Of a stretch of 48,175 bases of DNA, positions 36,308 through 48,175 are shown piece after piece; positions within the stretch are counted from its first letter, which is position 1, and each line of letters begins with the position of its first letter. The position numbers and the translations under genes are program-made. Source of the DNA: Octopus bimaculoides (lineage: Eukaryota); the NCBI RefSeq assembly GCF_001194135.2, contig NC_068988.1, positions 87,656,717 to 87,704,891 on the forward strand, given 5' to 3'. The notes below the pieces were generated by a model that searched no databases, had not been told where the DNA came from, and saw nothing but the letters and a program-made list of their open reading frames with translations.

Positions 36308-36631
36308 TGTGGGAGGGAGGGTTAGTTTTGCACATGGATGTGACACTTTTATATATTTTTTCTCAAACACTATTAGATATAATATATTAAATTTTATCTA
36401 ATAGGGACGCATATATGTGGCAAATCTGTTGGTTAGAAATGTCACCAAAATCTCTCTCATATCACTGCCTAAAGGAGGATACTTTGGAACGTCTTAATAC
36501 TCGTGTTTATGTCCATTTCTTTCATTTGTTTTTTCGTGTTGGTATTGGTTCAATGAATCTCCTCGACCTCAGCTCTTTCTCACGCAAAGAACTTTATTTC
36601 ACGTCCTCGAACCGTTGAGCTACCGGACATA

Positions 36632-37248
36632 CCATATTTCCTGGCATACAAATCAAGTTCTTCAGACCAAAATTTAGTGCCTAAAAAAGGGGTAGGTCGA
36701 ATTATAGACCAGGATGACTTTGGAGGACCAAAAATACCATGTGAAATGCAGCAGGATTCGGAAAGATAGCGATGATATTTCAATGTTTACACTCTATACT
36801 ATGCAGACTTTTAAACTGGAAAAGTACAGTATANNNNNNNNNNNNNNNNNNNNNNNNNNNNNNNNNNNNNNNNNNNNNNNNNNNNNNNNNNNNNNNNNNN
36901 NNNNNNNNNNNNNNNNNNNNNNNNNNNNNNNNNNNNNNNNNNNNNNNNNNNNNNNNNNNNNNNNNNNNNNNNNNNNNNNNNNNNNNNNNNNNNNNNNNNN
37001 NNNNNNNNNNNNNNNNNNNNNNNTATATATATATATATATTTCAATTTTCTGTATTTTCTAACACAAAAGTCCTTTTTTTTTTCTAACCAAAATATACAG
37101 CCCCCCAAAAGGACGCTCAACTTATACAGCAAGACGACTTCGGAAGACCAAAGATTCCATGTGAAATGCAGCAGGATTTGAAAAGATAGTGATGATGTTT
37201 GAATGTTTATGCTATATACTAGGTGGACTTATATGCCGGAAAATACAG
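36632..37248. mobile_element. Two tandem ~200-bp Tc1/pogo-type MITEs (36632-36829 and 37050-37248)
   Basis: TIR consensus C(C/T)GTATTTTCCGGCATATAAG with TA flanks. The copies share CCATGTGAAATGCAGCAGGATT. Confidence 0.7.
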
Positions 37249-38104
37249 TATCGTTTACGAGGAACACAAACAAAAGCCACCATCACTCAAGCGATGCCAA
37301 TGTTCACCCCTCACATAAATGTAACCGTCTTCAAAATTTCTTTTTTAAGCCGATTATATCGGCCACAATATATTATCTGAAAAATTCTTTTAACTTACAA
37401 GGGACGACTGTTAAGTCTACCTGAGCATAAAAAGAGACACCTGAAGTTAAATACAAGGTATTTGTTTAACATGCAAATTTTGTTTCCAAACAGTTATAGT
37501 AGTAGTAGTGGTGGTGTTATTTTGATTTTATGAAAGACTGTCGATAAGCCAAATAACATTTTACAAGCATCAACCGCATGTATAACGGGACCTCACAACT
37601 TTCATACATACATACATGCATGCATACATATATATATACACACACATGCAAATTATGTATTTATAAGAGCATATAGTAAACCATATCAAACTCCAGTACT
37701 TATTGCAGCTTGGTACTTCTGTCGACTCTATTTATCAAACTGCCACCTTATAGGACATAATAGAAACACACGCACCAATTTCTATTCAACGTTGTATCTT
37801 CACAGTTCACAACCTTATGTTTCGTGCTAACGCTTTTGTTAACATTTGACAAAAACAGCAACACCGCACAGACTACTTACCTGTAAAGATACTGTTTTGC
37901 ATAAAAATGATTCTACTAAACCTAACCATATTGAGTCCTTCTTCAACAACTTATATACACTGACGTGTAACCATATTTTAGTTATATATGTGGATGTGTA
38001 CACTCTCTCACCGAGTATATAAATATACATTCCACTTAATACTTACTTATACATAGTTTGATTGTACCTAACATGTTATTTAAATTCCTACAGTATACAT
38101 AATC

Positions 38105-38152
<48 letters not shown>

Positions 38153-38254
38153 AATAATGAGTATATGTATATATACGTACAGGTATGTGCATACCTACGT
38201 CTACCTGTATATATAGGTGCATATCTGGGTACAGGACATTGCAAACAAAACGTA

Positions 38255-38328
<74 letters not shown>

Positions 38329-38620
38329 GTGTGTGAATACATTTATGTCTATACGGTTACATAGTACACATACACACACAGAGAAGGCAAAGGTGAGTGG
38401 GCACAACATTCCAAAATGTTTTGTCACATGAAAAGCCGAAGCCAGACAGCAAAGAATCTATAATCATAAGAACTTCTGTATCATACCACGACACCTGGAC
38501 CACATAACGACTCCACACCACCACCACTACGGTAGACAACAGAATATAATCACAAACTCACTTTACCATAACATTGCACAGGGTGTAGATAAGAATAGTA
38601 CAACATTACCCATACATAAT

Positions 38621-38925
38621 GGAACCTCCCGTCGCAAACGACAGATGAGAGTTATCGCAATTTTTTGGCCGAACAATCTGCATAGATGACTTGTTTATAA
38701 TGATGAAATATTTATGCTGTATATTAGCTCAACCCCGCCATCAAATCGATGTTGCCTCTAGAGGTGCATGGTGTACCACACGTCAGAAGTAGAAGTGATC
38801 GCAGAGCAAACGTGAGGTGATGGGTTTTTGATGAAAAACACGAGTTCACCCGGTCATGTGGATCGAAACCACAATCTCGCGAACGTGGGTGCAACGCCCT
38901 TAACCATTTGGTCACGCGCCTTCGC
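38621..38925 (-). mobile_element. SINE family G
   Basis: Minus-strand head GAAGGCGCGTGACCAAATGGTTAAGGGCGTTGCA...GGTTTCGATCC. The body matches 22497-22775. Confidence 0.7.
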
Positions 38926-38970
38926 AACCCATATATCACCATATGAATATCATGAAATATATTTCATTTA

Positions 38971-39050
38971 GCTATATCTACCTATCTATATCTATATCTA
39001 CCTATCTATATCTATATCTATATCTACCTATCTATATCTACCTATCTATA
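38971..39050. repeat. (TATCTA/TACCTA)n microsatellite
   Basis: Direct reading of the sequence. Confidence 0.9.
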
Positions 39051-39225
39051 TCGTTTTTAAATATCGGGTTAAAAACTCTTTGGATAGAAAAATTCGAAGG
39101 CTGCTCGAATGGATTTGGTAGACGGAAACTGAAACAAGCCCGTCGTATATATGTATATATATATATAGTCTGTCATACCGGCCATGACGAAGGGAAATAG
39201 CCCTGAAACTCGAGTCGCCTTTATA

Positions 39226-39259
<34 letters not shown>

Positions 39260-39513
39260 TGATCCTTTATATTGAACACTCAATATTTCATCTACATTCA
39301 ATACTTTATTTCATGGTGCCATCCATTTTTATTTTATTTTATTTTATATTATATTATATTATATATTCCATATTCTATACCCCACATTAGTTCTGCAGGA
39401 ATATAAATAAAACATAAAAAACAGACAGTGTTGGAACTCTTTTAAGCAAAATAATATATTCCTCTATACACAATCATACATAAAAACACACCTTTTTTGT
39501 ATTTATTCTTACT

Positions 39514-39552
<39 letters not shown>

Positions 39553-39589
39553 CTGTGTTTGTCCCCCCCTCCCAACCATCGCTTGACAA

Positions 39590-39847
39590 TTAACGATTCT
39601 AATAATAATAATAATAATAATAATATTTTCTGCTAAAGACACAATGTCTGAAATTTGGTGAGGGGCGGGAGGTGTTGGCTAGTCGATTATACCGACCACA
39701 GTATGTAACTGGTACTTATTTCATCGAAGCCGAAAAGATGAAAGGCAGAGTCGATCTCAGCGGAATTTGCACTCAAAACATAAAGACGGACGAAATGCCG
39801 CTAAGCATTTTGTCCGGCGAGCTAGCGATTCTACCAGCTCACCGCCT
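39590..39847 (-). mobile_element. SINE family C inserted in the (ATT)n tail of the adjacent LINE
   Basis: The head abuts TTAATAATAATAAT-TTATTG of the LINE 3' end. Confidence 0.85.
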
Positions 39848-39849
39848 TA

Positions 39850-40820
39850 ATAATAATAATTTATTGACCACAAGGGCTGTGAAAAACAATTAGGACAATA
39901 GAAAAACAAACGACAGAGGGGATTTATAAAGGAACAGGTAAACAATAAAAAACAATAACATTTAACAAAAAAAAAAATTCTCACAAATTCACCAACAGGG
40001 CGAAGCCCCACCCAAGGGCTACCAAAAGAAGCCTACAGATCCAGAGCTACTTTATTCACCAAGAGTAAGTACCATGGTAAGTGCTCTTCTCTCTTCTGCA
40101 CTCCGCGGCCAACAAGCGCCTGCAAGTGGACCCACTCACTCGAGCCATTCTGGCCACATTCACCCACCTTTCAAGGAATTTACGGGTGGGTGGCACACCC
40201 TTCTCAACCTTCACCTTCGTTTTCAAATGGAATTTTAAACTGTCGATGTTTTGGCCGAAGTGGAAAGTGACTATCTTCAGTCCTTTCAGTGTTGCCCACC
40301 ATACAACCCTTTTCGTCATAACCACCAGGCAGGGGAAGACTATCTGCTTTTCCCGGCAGCGGGACGAACTCCACGATGGAGTCGGCCTATAGCCGGATCC
40401 GTCCTTACACGTGATAGCAGCTGGTTCGACATAACACCACAAGTTAGCAATGCTCGAGCAGTGTGCGAACGTGTGCAGGACGGTTTCGTCGCTCTGTGCG
40501 CATCTCGGACAGGCGTGGTTAATGATGCTGTCGTGTCTGTAGAGTTTATCCCGAACAGGCAATGCTCTCCACCCAACGGTAGCACTAAGGATTTCTAGAA
40601 AATGTCTATGCACGTTATCTATGGATTCCGGCCTGAAAGTCTCCAAGAAAAGACCTGCCAGTTGATTTCCATCGACGCTCAGTTTCCTCTAAGACGTCCT
40701 CTATCTTTCCCGCTACTAACCCTCTTTAGAATGCTGCGATGGAATATACACTGACTGGGAGAGGGTTGTGAGCACCAGACGGCACTGGAGATGCCGCAGT
40801 CTACACTACATTGAGAGTTC
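39850..40820 (-). mobile_element. 5'-truncated L1/Tx1-type LINE (ORF2 C-terminal cysteine-rich domain, 3' UTR, AATAAA and (ATT)n)
   Basis: WRALPVRDKLYRH....CPRC....ETVLH..AHC...LW (zf-RVT-like). T-rich UTR ends CTTGTGGTCAATAAATTATTATT. Confidence 0.85.
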
Positions 40821-41384
40821 TAACACACACACGAGAGTGAGAGAAAGTAAGACGTTATATAAGATGTAAGATACAGATAAAGTGAGTGAAAGACAAAAGA
40901 AAAGAGAGAGGGAGGAATGAAGAGAGAGAGGTAGAGAAACAAAATGGAACCACCACATTGGGGTGATGGTCTATCGATGATCAATGGCAAGTGGCGGTCA
41001 GTTATTGGTTAATTACAGTGGTCAGTTAGTAAGTGGAAGATCAGCTCAACTGTAAGATATATAATTTATTGCAAATCTTAAACAATAAACGTGTAGTGGC
41101 AACGAAGGGATAGACAGTGGTGGCCAGCCGTGGCTTAATTATAGCAGCTGACCAATTGAACAGTAATTAATAGAGATCTGTACTAACAACATTTGCGCTT
41201 TTAGCATTTGACTCACTGCAAGTGAATTCTATCATAGGTGAGCGTATGTACGTGCATCAAATTATTACTGCCTGACGAATCAAAAGGTATAACAATCGCA
41301 TTTCGAAGTTTCAACGACTATTAAATAACATATAGAAGAGTTGGAATAAATACCGCGTCACATTTCTCTCAATCCACAGCTCTA

Positions 41385-41770
41385 ATAGTAATCCTTTCTA
41401 CTTTAGGAACAAGACCTGAAATTTTGCGGAAGGGGACGAGTCGATTACATCGACCCCAGTGTTTTACTGGTAATTAATTTATCGACTCCGAAAGGATGAA
41501 AGGTAAATTCGACCCCGGCGAAATTTGAACTCAGAATGTAGGGACGGACAAAATACTGCGAAGCATTTTGCTCGCCGTGCTAACGATTACTGCCAGCTCG
41601 CTGCTTTAAATAATATTTCTTTCTGATTTAGGCGCAAGGACAGTAATTTCGAGGAAAGGTGGACAGTCGACGTCAACGACCCCAATACATAATTGGTACT
41701 TCATTTTATCGAACCCCCAGGAGGACAGAATGGCAAAGTTGACCTCGGTGTAATTTGAAATAGAACCACA
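41385..41770 (-). mobile_element. Two adjacent SINE C copies
   Basis: Copies at approx. 41385-41607 and 41612-41770 with the family C core. Confidence 0.8.
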
Positions 41771-42131
41771 GGCATCGGAAAAAATGCTGCAAAAAGCTAC
41801 AAAGGATGTCGAATAACCATGTTTATTATATACAAAAGGCGGATCTTTTTTAAAACGGGGGCCACCTTTTTCATTAATGTTTTACGTAGTGTTTTTGGTA
41901 GCGAAAGACTTTCAAACTTCATATACTTATCTATTTTGTGTTATAGAACAGAAAAATATTTTTGTATTCGAATTTATTTCATGTAAAAAATTGTCTTATT
42001 TCGATAATTTCAACCAATCACTGACAAGTATTCAGTTGTTTACATTTACTCCTTTGGCTCACTAAGCGATGTAAAGCGTATTTAATCTCCATACCTTCGT
42101 TTTATTTGCTTTTTTCATTTTAAATTTGCTT

Positions 42132-42186
42132 TAACCCTAACCCTAACCGTATGGTTAGGGTTAGGGTTAGAGTTAGGGTTAGGGTT
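42132..42186. repeat. Interstitial telomeric-type repeats arranged as a hairpin
   Basis: TAACCCTAACCCTAACC-GTAT-GGTTAGGGTTAGGGTTA (17-bp stem), then further TTAGGG units. Confidence 0.9.
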
Positions 42187-42872
42187 AATTGTTTCAGAAT
42201 CGTTTGTTTATGTAGTCGGCACNNNNNNNNNNNNNNNNNNNNNNNNNNNNNNNNNNNNNNNNNNNNNNNNNNNNNNNNNNNNNNNNNNNNNNNNNNNNNN
42301 NNNNNNNNNNNNNNNNNNNNNNNNNNNNNNNNNNNNNNNNNNNNNNNNNNNNNNNNNNNNNNNNNNNNNNNNNNNNNNNNNNNNNNNNNNNNNNNNNNNN
42401 NNNNNNNNNNNNNNNNNNNNNNNNNNNNNNNNNNNNNNNNNNNNNNNNNNCATAAGAACAAACCTCCTACATTTTTGTGAATAAAAAAAAAAGACAAATT
42501 TAACATAGGTTTCATGATATACACTCGGTATCCCATCTGTATGACAGTCACATTAGACGCATAGCAATTTTTAAAAAATCATATTTAAGAATAAAAGAAA
42601 AAAGCGCATCGCATACACCGGCATATACGTTCAGTCTCCGGAGTGAGGATGACTATTTCATCTCGCCGCCACTCTCATGGACGCTGAAAAATGGTGCTGT
42701 CCTGCCTCAAACGGATTGGCTGCTTGTTTCTCTAGGATTGGTCAAATTGGTGTAGACACCTCTGATGAGATATCCAATAAGGTTCGAAAATCGATTGAGG
42801 TTATTCAACATTTTTGTCAATATACGGAGAAATAGTTAAATTTGCCCTATTTGTACATCTGGTAGGTAAGGC

Positions 42873-43035
42873 AGGCGCAGACGCAGCTGGGTTGCAAGAA
42901 GTTTGCCTCCCAACCACATGATCCAGGCTCAATCCCATGACGTGACACCTTAATCTATAGCCTGCTACAGCCTCATGTCAACCAAAGACTTTGAGTGAAT
43001 TTGGTAGACGAAAACTAAAAGAAGCCCGTCGTGAG
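42873..43035 (+). mobile_element. SINE family B, 5' half
   Basis: AAGAAGTTTGCCTCCCAACCACATG...TTTGGTAGACGAAAACTAAAAGAAGCCCGTCG. Confidence 0.75.
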
Positions 43036-43069
43036 TGTGCGCGTATATTACGATGCAACTTTGTAAATC

Positions 43070-43300
43070 ATTCGGTCACACTGCGTCTACTGAGAGAAGT
43101 ATACGCGTTGATTAAGGACAGTATACTTGTTCAATATGCCCACACATGTTCACTAAACTATTTAGCCACATTGTGTTAAGGGAAGTACACATTCACTGCA
43201 CCCACTAAAGGCAGTATGTATGTTTACTATTCTATTCGGTCACACTGCGTCTACTAAGTGAAGTACACATGTTAACTGCGCCTACGTAGGTCAGCAGACA
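43070..43300. repeat. Decayed minisatellite
   Basis: ATTCGGTCACACTGCGTCTACT occurs twice, with looser AAGTACAC..CACTGC units between. Confidence 0.55.
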
Positions 43301-45494
43301 TGCGCATGCATTAAATTTAGATAATAAATAAATAATGAAATGAACCAAGGGAACTAAATCAACTAGCTCGATGGTATGACTGAGGAGAATTTCTTTTATC
43401 GACAACAGCTAGTTAAGTTGTACACATATATTTAAAACGGTAGAAAACACTAATTTTAAAGCTAACCATGAATAACCAAATTATATATTTACATAGAATG
43501 CAAAGAATGTGTAATTTACATACATATGTCTATGTTATTTATAAAAAAAAAAAAAATTACAAGTTTTACTCACGGTGTAACTAACAATTAAGAATCATTA
43601 AAGCGGTAGAATATAATGCATTGCGGTGTTTAGTTAGATCTTAACGTTTTACGTTCAAACCCAGCCAAAGTCTGCTTTGCCTTTCATCCCACCTGGGATA
43701 CAAAACAAAAAAGAAAAAATCTTGAGGTCGTCATAATTAAATGCTCACCACCTTTTTTTTTTTTAGAACAAGCATGCATGAACAACCATTTTTGAGAAGC
43801 GAGCCACATGTAACATTGCTCATCAGCAAGCGGGCCGCACTACCAAAAGAAAAAGTTCAAGGTAATTTTTCATTGACGTGCCATTCAGAAAATCTTTTGG
43901 GCTACAGTTTGCCCATGACTGTTTTAGAAGATCAATAACGGTATTTTATTAATCCTCTCTACTCGTCACGCAAAATTGAATTTATGAAAGTCACACACAT
44001 CCCCCACTTTGACCCAAATTCGTGATCTATGATTAAACCATGTGATTTGAAAAAANNNNNNNNNNNNNNNNNNNNNNNNNNNNNNNNNNNNNNNNNNNNN
44101 NNNNNNNNNNNNNNNNNNNNNNNNNNNNNNNNNNNNNNNNNNNNNNNNNNNNNNNNNNNNNNNNNNNNNNNNNNNNNNNNNNNNNNNNNNNNNNNNNNNN
44201 NNNNNNNNNNNNNNNNNNATTAAAGTATAGAAATGTAATGAATTTTTTGTAAACAAGAAAACAAATAAATAAATAAATAAATAATGGTGGTGCTTGTTTT
44301 CGAAACTCTGCGAGGTAAATAAATCAAGAATTAACAATATAGGAAATCGATAAATTTGCGTTTTTTTTTTTTTCCAAGGTAAACACAACATGGTTGTATG
44401 GTTAACTAGTTTGCTTCATAACAACGTATTTCGGAGATCGAGTTCACTGCGCGGCACCTTGAGCACAAGTGTTGGCAGAAGGTAATGAATACGTACACCA
44501 ACCGTTTTCGGCGCCTAACCCTAAACCCCGAGTGTACGTATTCTTGACTTTCGCCCACGTGTAATTCAATAACCTAGGAGTTAACCAAAGCCTTGGGAAT
44601 TAAATTTGATACACAAAAATTGTCCCGAATCCTGTTAGATTAGAAAAGTGCTGCACTTGTTCTTGAAGGCAAACATTATCCGACATCCGGTATTACACCT
44701 TCCCCTGGGGCTTGAATAACTTTAGTGGCGCACTCTCTGGTCAGGTTTTCAGTCTCAAGGAAAGCTACGAGGCATGCTTTCTCTTCCGCCCATCTCTCCC
44801 ACTATTCAAGGAAGTGTCATGGCCTCGCAAGGTGTTATGGTCGTCGCCTTGCCTTCTCTGATTAAATAACAAAGATAATAAAATTTATCCTACAAGAACT
44901 TTCAAAACGTTGAACGTATATTTTTTTTAAACTGGTTTAAAATATAGTTTAATCACTGAAAATAAAAGTGGAGAAATAGAAAAATAAATAAATAAAACGA
45001 ATATTTAAAATAATGTTGTAGGGTAAAAAGTTGCGCTTTCCCTCCAAAATCCTTTTCATAATAAAAGCAGTGAAAATATCGAAAAGAAGTCAATTTTGTG
45101 GTAATGAGTCATTATTTAACAAGCGAAGGCTTAACAGATATCAGGTCCTAAACTCTTGTAGTGCTAAAGTTATTCTCTCAGTGCTAATCCTCAGAGTTTG
45201 ACGAAATATCGTTGATTATCTAAGTTGTGATCAGCAATATTCGCTAAAATCTTGAGGAGTGCATAAAGTACTTGGTAACTACTATAAATACTTCTTATTA
45301 CAATAACGAATAGCGTTTCGTCTTGTTTGTAAATTCGGTCGTACTTTCGTTCATTTTAAAACAGTCATAGACAAACAGCGGTCTGCGGAATTTTCTGAAT
45401 GGCACACCTAGCGAAAAATTACCTTGAAAGTTTTTAAGTACTCCGGCCCGCCTCCTGATGAGCCATGAAAAAGGTTGCACCTGTCTTACAGTTA

Positions 45495-45879
45495 TGTTGT
45501 TGGCACTCCGTCGCTTACGACGTCGAGGGTTCCAGTTGATCCGATCAACGGAACAGCCTGCTCGTGAAATTAACGTGCAAGTGGCTGAGCACTCCACAGA
45601 CACGTGCACCCTTAACGTAGTTCTTGGGGAGATTCAGCGTGACACAGAGTGCGACAAGGCTGACCCTTTGAATTACAGGCACAACAGAAACAAGAAGTAA
45701 GTCTGAGAGAAAGTTGTGGTGAAAGAGTACAGCAGGGTTCGCCACCATCACCTGCCGGAGCCTCGTGGAGCTTTAGGTGTTTTCGCTCAATAAACACTCA
45801 CAACGCCCGGTCTGGGAATCGAAACCGCGATCCTATGACCGCGAGTCCGCTGCCCTAACCACTGGGCCATTGCGCCTCC
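45495..45879 (-). mobile_element. SINE family A, full length
   Basis: 10-bp TSD CTTACAGTTA (45485-45494 and 45880-45889). A and B boxes intact. Confidence 0.92.
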
Positions 45880-45894
45880 CTTACAGTTACAATA

Positions 45895-46110
45895 GTTTCT
45901 GATTTAGGCAGAAGGCTAGCTATTTCTGGTGGGTGGGTTAGTCGATACCACCGACCACAGTACTTGACTGGTACTTTAGTTCATCAACGCCGAAAGAATA
46001 AAAAGAAAAGTTAATCTCAGGTGGATTTGAATCAGACTGTAAACAGCTAGAAAAATGTCGCAAGATATTTTTTCCCCGATGCTCTAACACGTCTGCGAAG
46101 TTTATTGCCT
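45895..46110 (-). mobile_element. SINE family C, decayed
   Basis: GACTGGTACTTTAGTTCATCAACGCCGAAAGAATAAAAAG..GGATTTGAATCAGA. Confidence 0.7.
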
Positions 46111-46436
46111 TTCATCTTTGAGTAATAACGAATAATTAAGTGAACCTTAAGTTTAGCTTTCGAAAAGTTTCACTTTGGAAACATTCGAATGATTATTTCG
46201 AAAATATATTTTTAAAATGCTAACTAAATTAATAATTAGCAGGTCGAATCAAAATCGATAAATTTTGTCTATTAAATATATTTTTCTTTTCTTCTTTTTT
46301 TTCAAGAAAATCAGTTCAAAAATATTTCATAAAAACGATTGAGAATTTGAAAAATCGATGAAGTTTGCATATTAAATGTAAAAAGAAAAAGTACACAAAT
46401 ACTTAATAACGATGACTGATTTTTTCATTCTCTGCT

Positions 46437-46770
46437 GGCATGGCTGTGTGGTTAGGAAGCTTGCTTCCAAACCATATGGTTCAAGGTTCAGTTCCACTGC
46501 GTAGCACCTTGGGCAAGTGTTTCTACTAATAGCCTCGTCGCATGTATCTGTGTGTGTCGTTGTGTGTGTCCCCCTCCCACTACCTCTTGACAACCGCTGT
46601 TGGTTAGTTTACATCTTCATAACTTAGCGGTTCGGCAAAAAATCCGATAGAACGAGTACTGAGCTTCAAAAAATTGTACTAAGATTAATTTGTTCGACTA
46701 AACTCCTTCAAGGCAGTGTCCCAACATGGTCGCAGTCCAACGACTGAAACAAGTGAAAAATAAAAAGATA
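46437..46770 (+). mobile_element. SINE family B, full length
   Basis: GGCATGGCTGTGTGGTTAGGAAGCTTGCTTCC...GGTTCAGTTCC head through ACTGAAACAAGTGAAAAATAAAA. Confidence 0.88.
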
Positions 46771-47141
46771 TTACGACAATTACCGAAGAAATAATTTCAT
46801 TTTTCGCGTACGGTTGTCGAAAGATAGCCGACATTACTAAATCAACAATTTATATGAATCGACTCCCTCTCAATACCTCTACTTTGAGATTTTAAAAAGA
46901 TTTCTAGACGAAACGAGTTTCAAGGTAAATGAATACATCTCAAAACAAAGAAGAAGAAAAAAAAAAGAAAGCAATGAGGAATCCTAGAAGTGTTTGTGTG
47001 TGTGAGAATGTTTCATGTAAATATACTGAATCGTTATAAACAAACAGTTGTTTACTTTTGAAGAGAACTTGGTTAAAGAGTAACAAGAAAGACAGAAGCG
47101 TTGTACTGAAAACACACACACACACACACATATATATGCAC

Positions 47142-47210
<69 letters not shown>

Positions 47211-47219
47211 GGGGAGAAT

Positions 47220-47420
47220 TCACAAAAAAAAAAGACGAAGACAGGTGGTGTAGACAACAAACAGATGTATTAGTATAACGCTCGGGAAATGAAAAGTCTT
47301 TAACGTTTCGAGCCTACGCTCTCCCACAGAAAGGAACACAGAAAGAAACAAGGAGAGAAAATAAAGAATGTGTTAGTGGCTAGCGATCTATCATGGCGAA
47401 TGCCGGACAGAAGGGTCACA
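47220..47420 (-). mobile_element. Penelope-like terminal-repeat fragment (family K), also at ~25580-25690
   Basis: Both copies abut (TA)n/(TG)n and share TCTTTAACGTTTC(G/A)AGCCTACGCTCT..ACAGA, a hammerhead-like layout on the minus strand. Confidence 0.5.
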
Positions 47421-47819
47421 CAGGAGAGATATGGAGAAGGGGAGATAAAGTAGTGGTGATCCCAAAACGAAGGTGCGCGTGCGTGTGTATAAGAGAGTTT
47501 GTATGTGCGAGTGGAAGAGGGCTGGTTATCTTGACGTGTGCGTGTGTGTATGTGTAGGTGTGAAAATGTGGGGCTGAGAAGTGGTCAGTGCTGGTGTGTT
47601 GTGATGTGATGTGTTGTGTGGTATAGTGGTGTAGTGGTGTGTGGTGTGGTGTGATGGTGTTGGGAGGTGGGCGAGGCGAGAACCACGAATGTTCCGTCCT
47701 GGTTTTCCTGTCCGTCTTTGTATCGTCCATCTGTCCGTATACTTTTATTGTCGTCTATTACGTTCTTGTTCCGTTTTGGGGATTTATATATCTTTTATCT
47801 TGTTTCCAGTCATTAGACT

Positions 47820-47975
47820 TCTTTCAGTTTCTGCCTACCAAATCCACTCACAAGGATTTGGTCGGCTCGAGGCTATAGTAGAAAACACCTGCCCAAGGTG
47901 TCACGCGGTGGGACTAAACCCGGAAACATGTGGTTTGGAAGCAAGCTTCTTACCATATAGCCACTCCTGTGCCTA

Positions 47976-48007
<32 letters not shown>

Positions 48008-48175
48008 ATCTGTGTGTATGGATCCGTCGGTGTTGGTCTCCTTGAAGAATTTTTTGTTTTTGTTGGATGAATCGACTCCCAGTACTTATTTTTAAGCCTG
48101 GTACTTGCTCTGTCGGACTCTTAGGACGAACCGGTAAGTTACAAGGACGAAAACACACCAACACCGGTTGCCAAG
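47820..48175 (-). mobile_element. SINE B 5' half (47820-47975) and a separate SINE B 3' half (~48030-48175)
   Basis: Reverse-complement matches to the family B head/body and to its 3' half. Confidence 0.8.

Noticed and set aside
45450-45490. CTGATGAGCC...GGT motif
   Set aside because: No GAAA and no stem I pairing.
9433-46110. Apparent strand bias of SINE C (about 18 minus versus 4 plus)
   Set aside because: Most minus copies are in a few clusters. Counting independent loci (about 6 versus 3-4) shows no real bias.

Overview
This is eukaryotic, AT-rich, repeat-dense non-coding DNA from a short-read assembly. It has 12 N-gaps, most of them flanked by (TA)n or poly-A. The interspersed repeats match what I recall of octopus (cephalopod) SINE families; this taxonomic call is from memory and is not verified. 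No complete protein-coding gene is visible. Most ORFs in the track are artefacts of microsatellites, N-gaps or SINEs. Supported content: (1) several tRNA-headed SINE families, labelled A, B, C, G and H here, some with clear target-site duplications (TSDs) and nested insertions; (2) decayed non-LTR retrotransposon fragments (L1/Tx1-type ORF1 with a CCHC knuckle, L1/Tx1 ORF2 3' end, CRE-clade restriction-like endonuclease end, CR1-type end); (3) non-autonomous DNA transposons (hAT, pogo/Tigger, and a long-TIR GG...CC element with an 8-bp TSD). The best findings are: a canonical minimal type I hammerhead ribozyme (19110-19152, minus strand) inside a ~308-bp TSD-flanked insert, with several degenerate hammerhead-like motifs elsewhere; two near-perfect long DNA hairpins; a SINE whose 3' end matches the 3' end of a Tx1-like LINE in the same window; a head-to-tail SINE stack built on (ATT)n tails; a candidate first coding exon at 12569-12736 (-); and two paired clusters of full CRE sites. 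I see no evidence for a wholly new multi-gene system.
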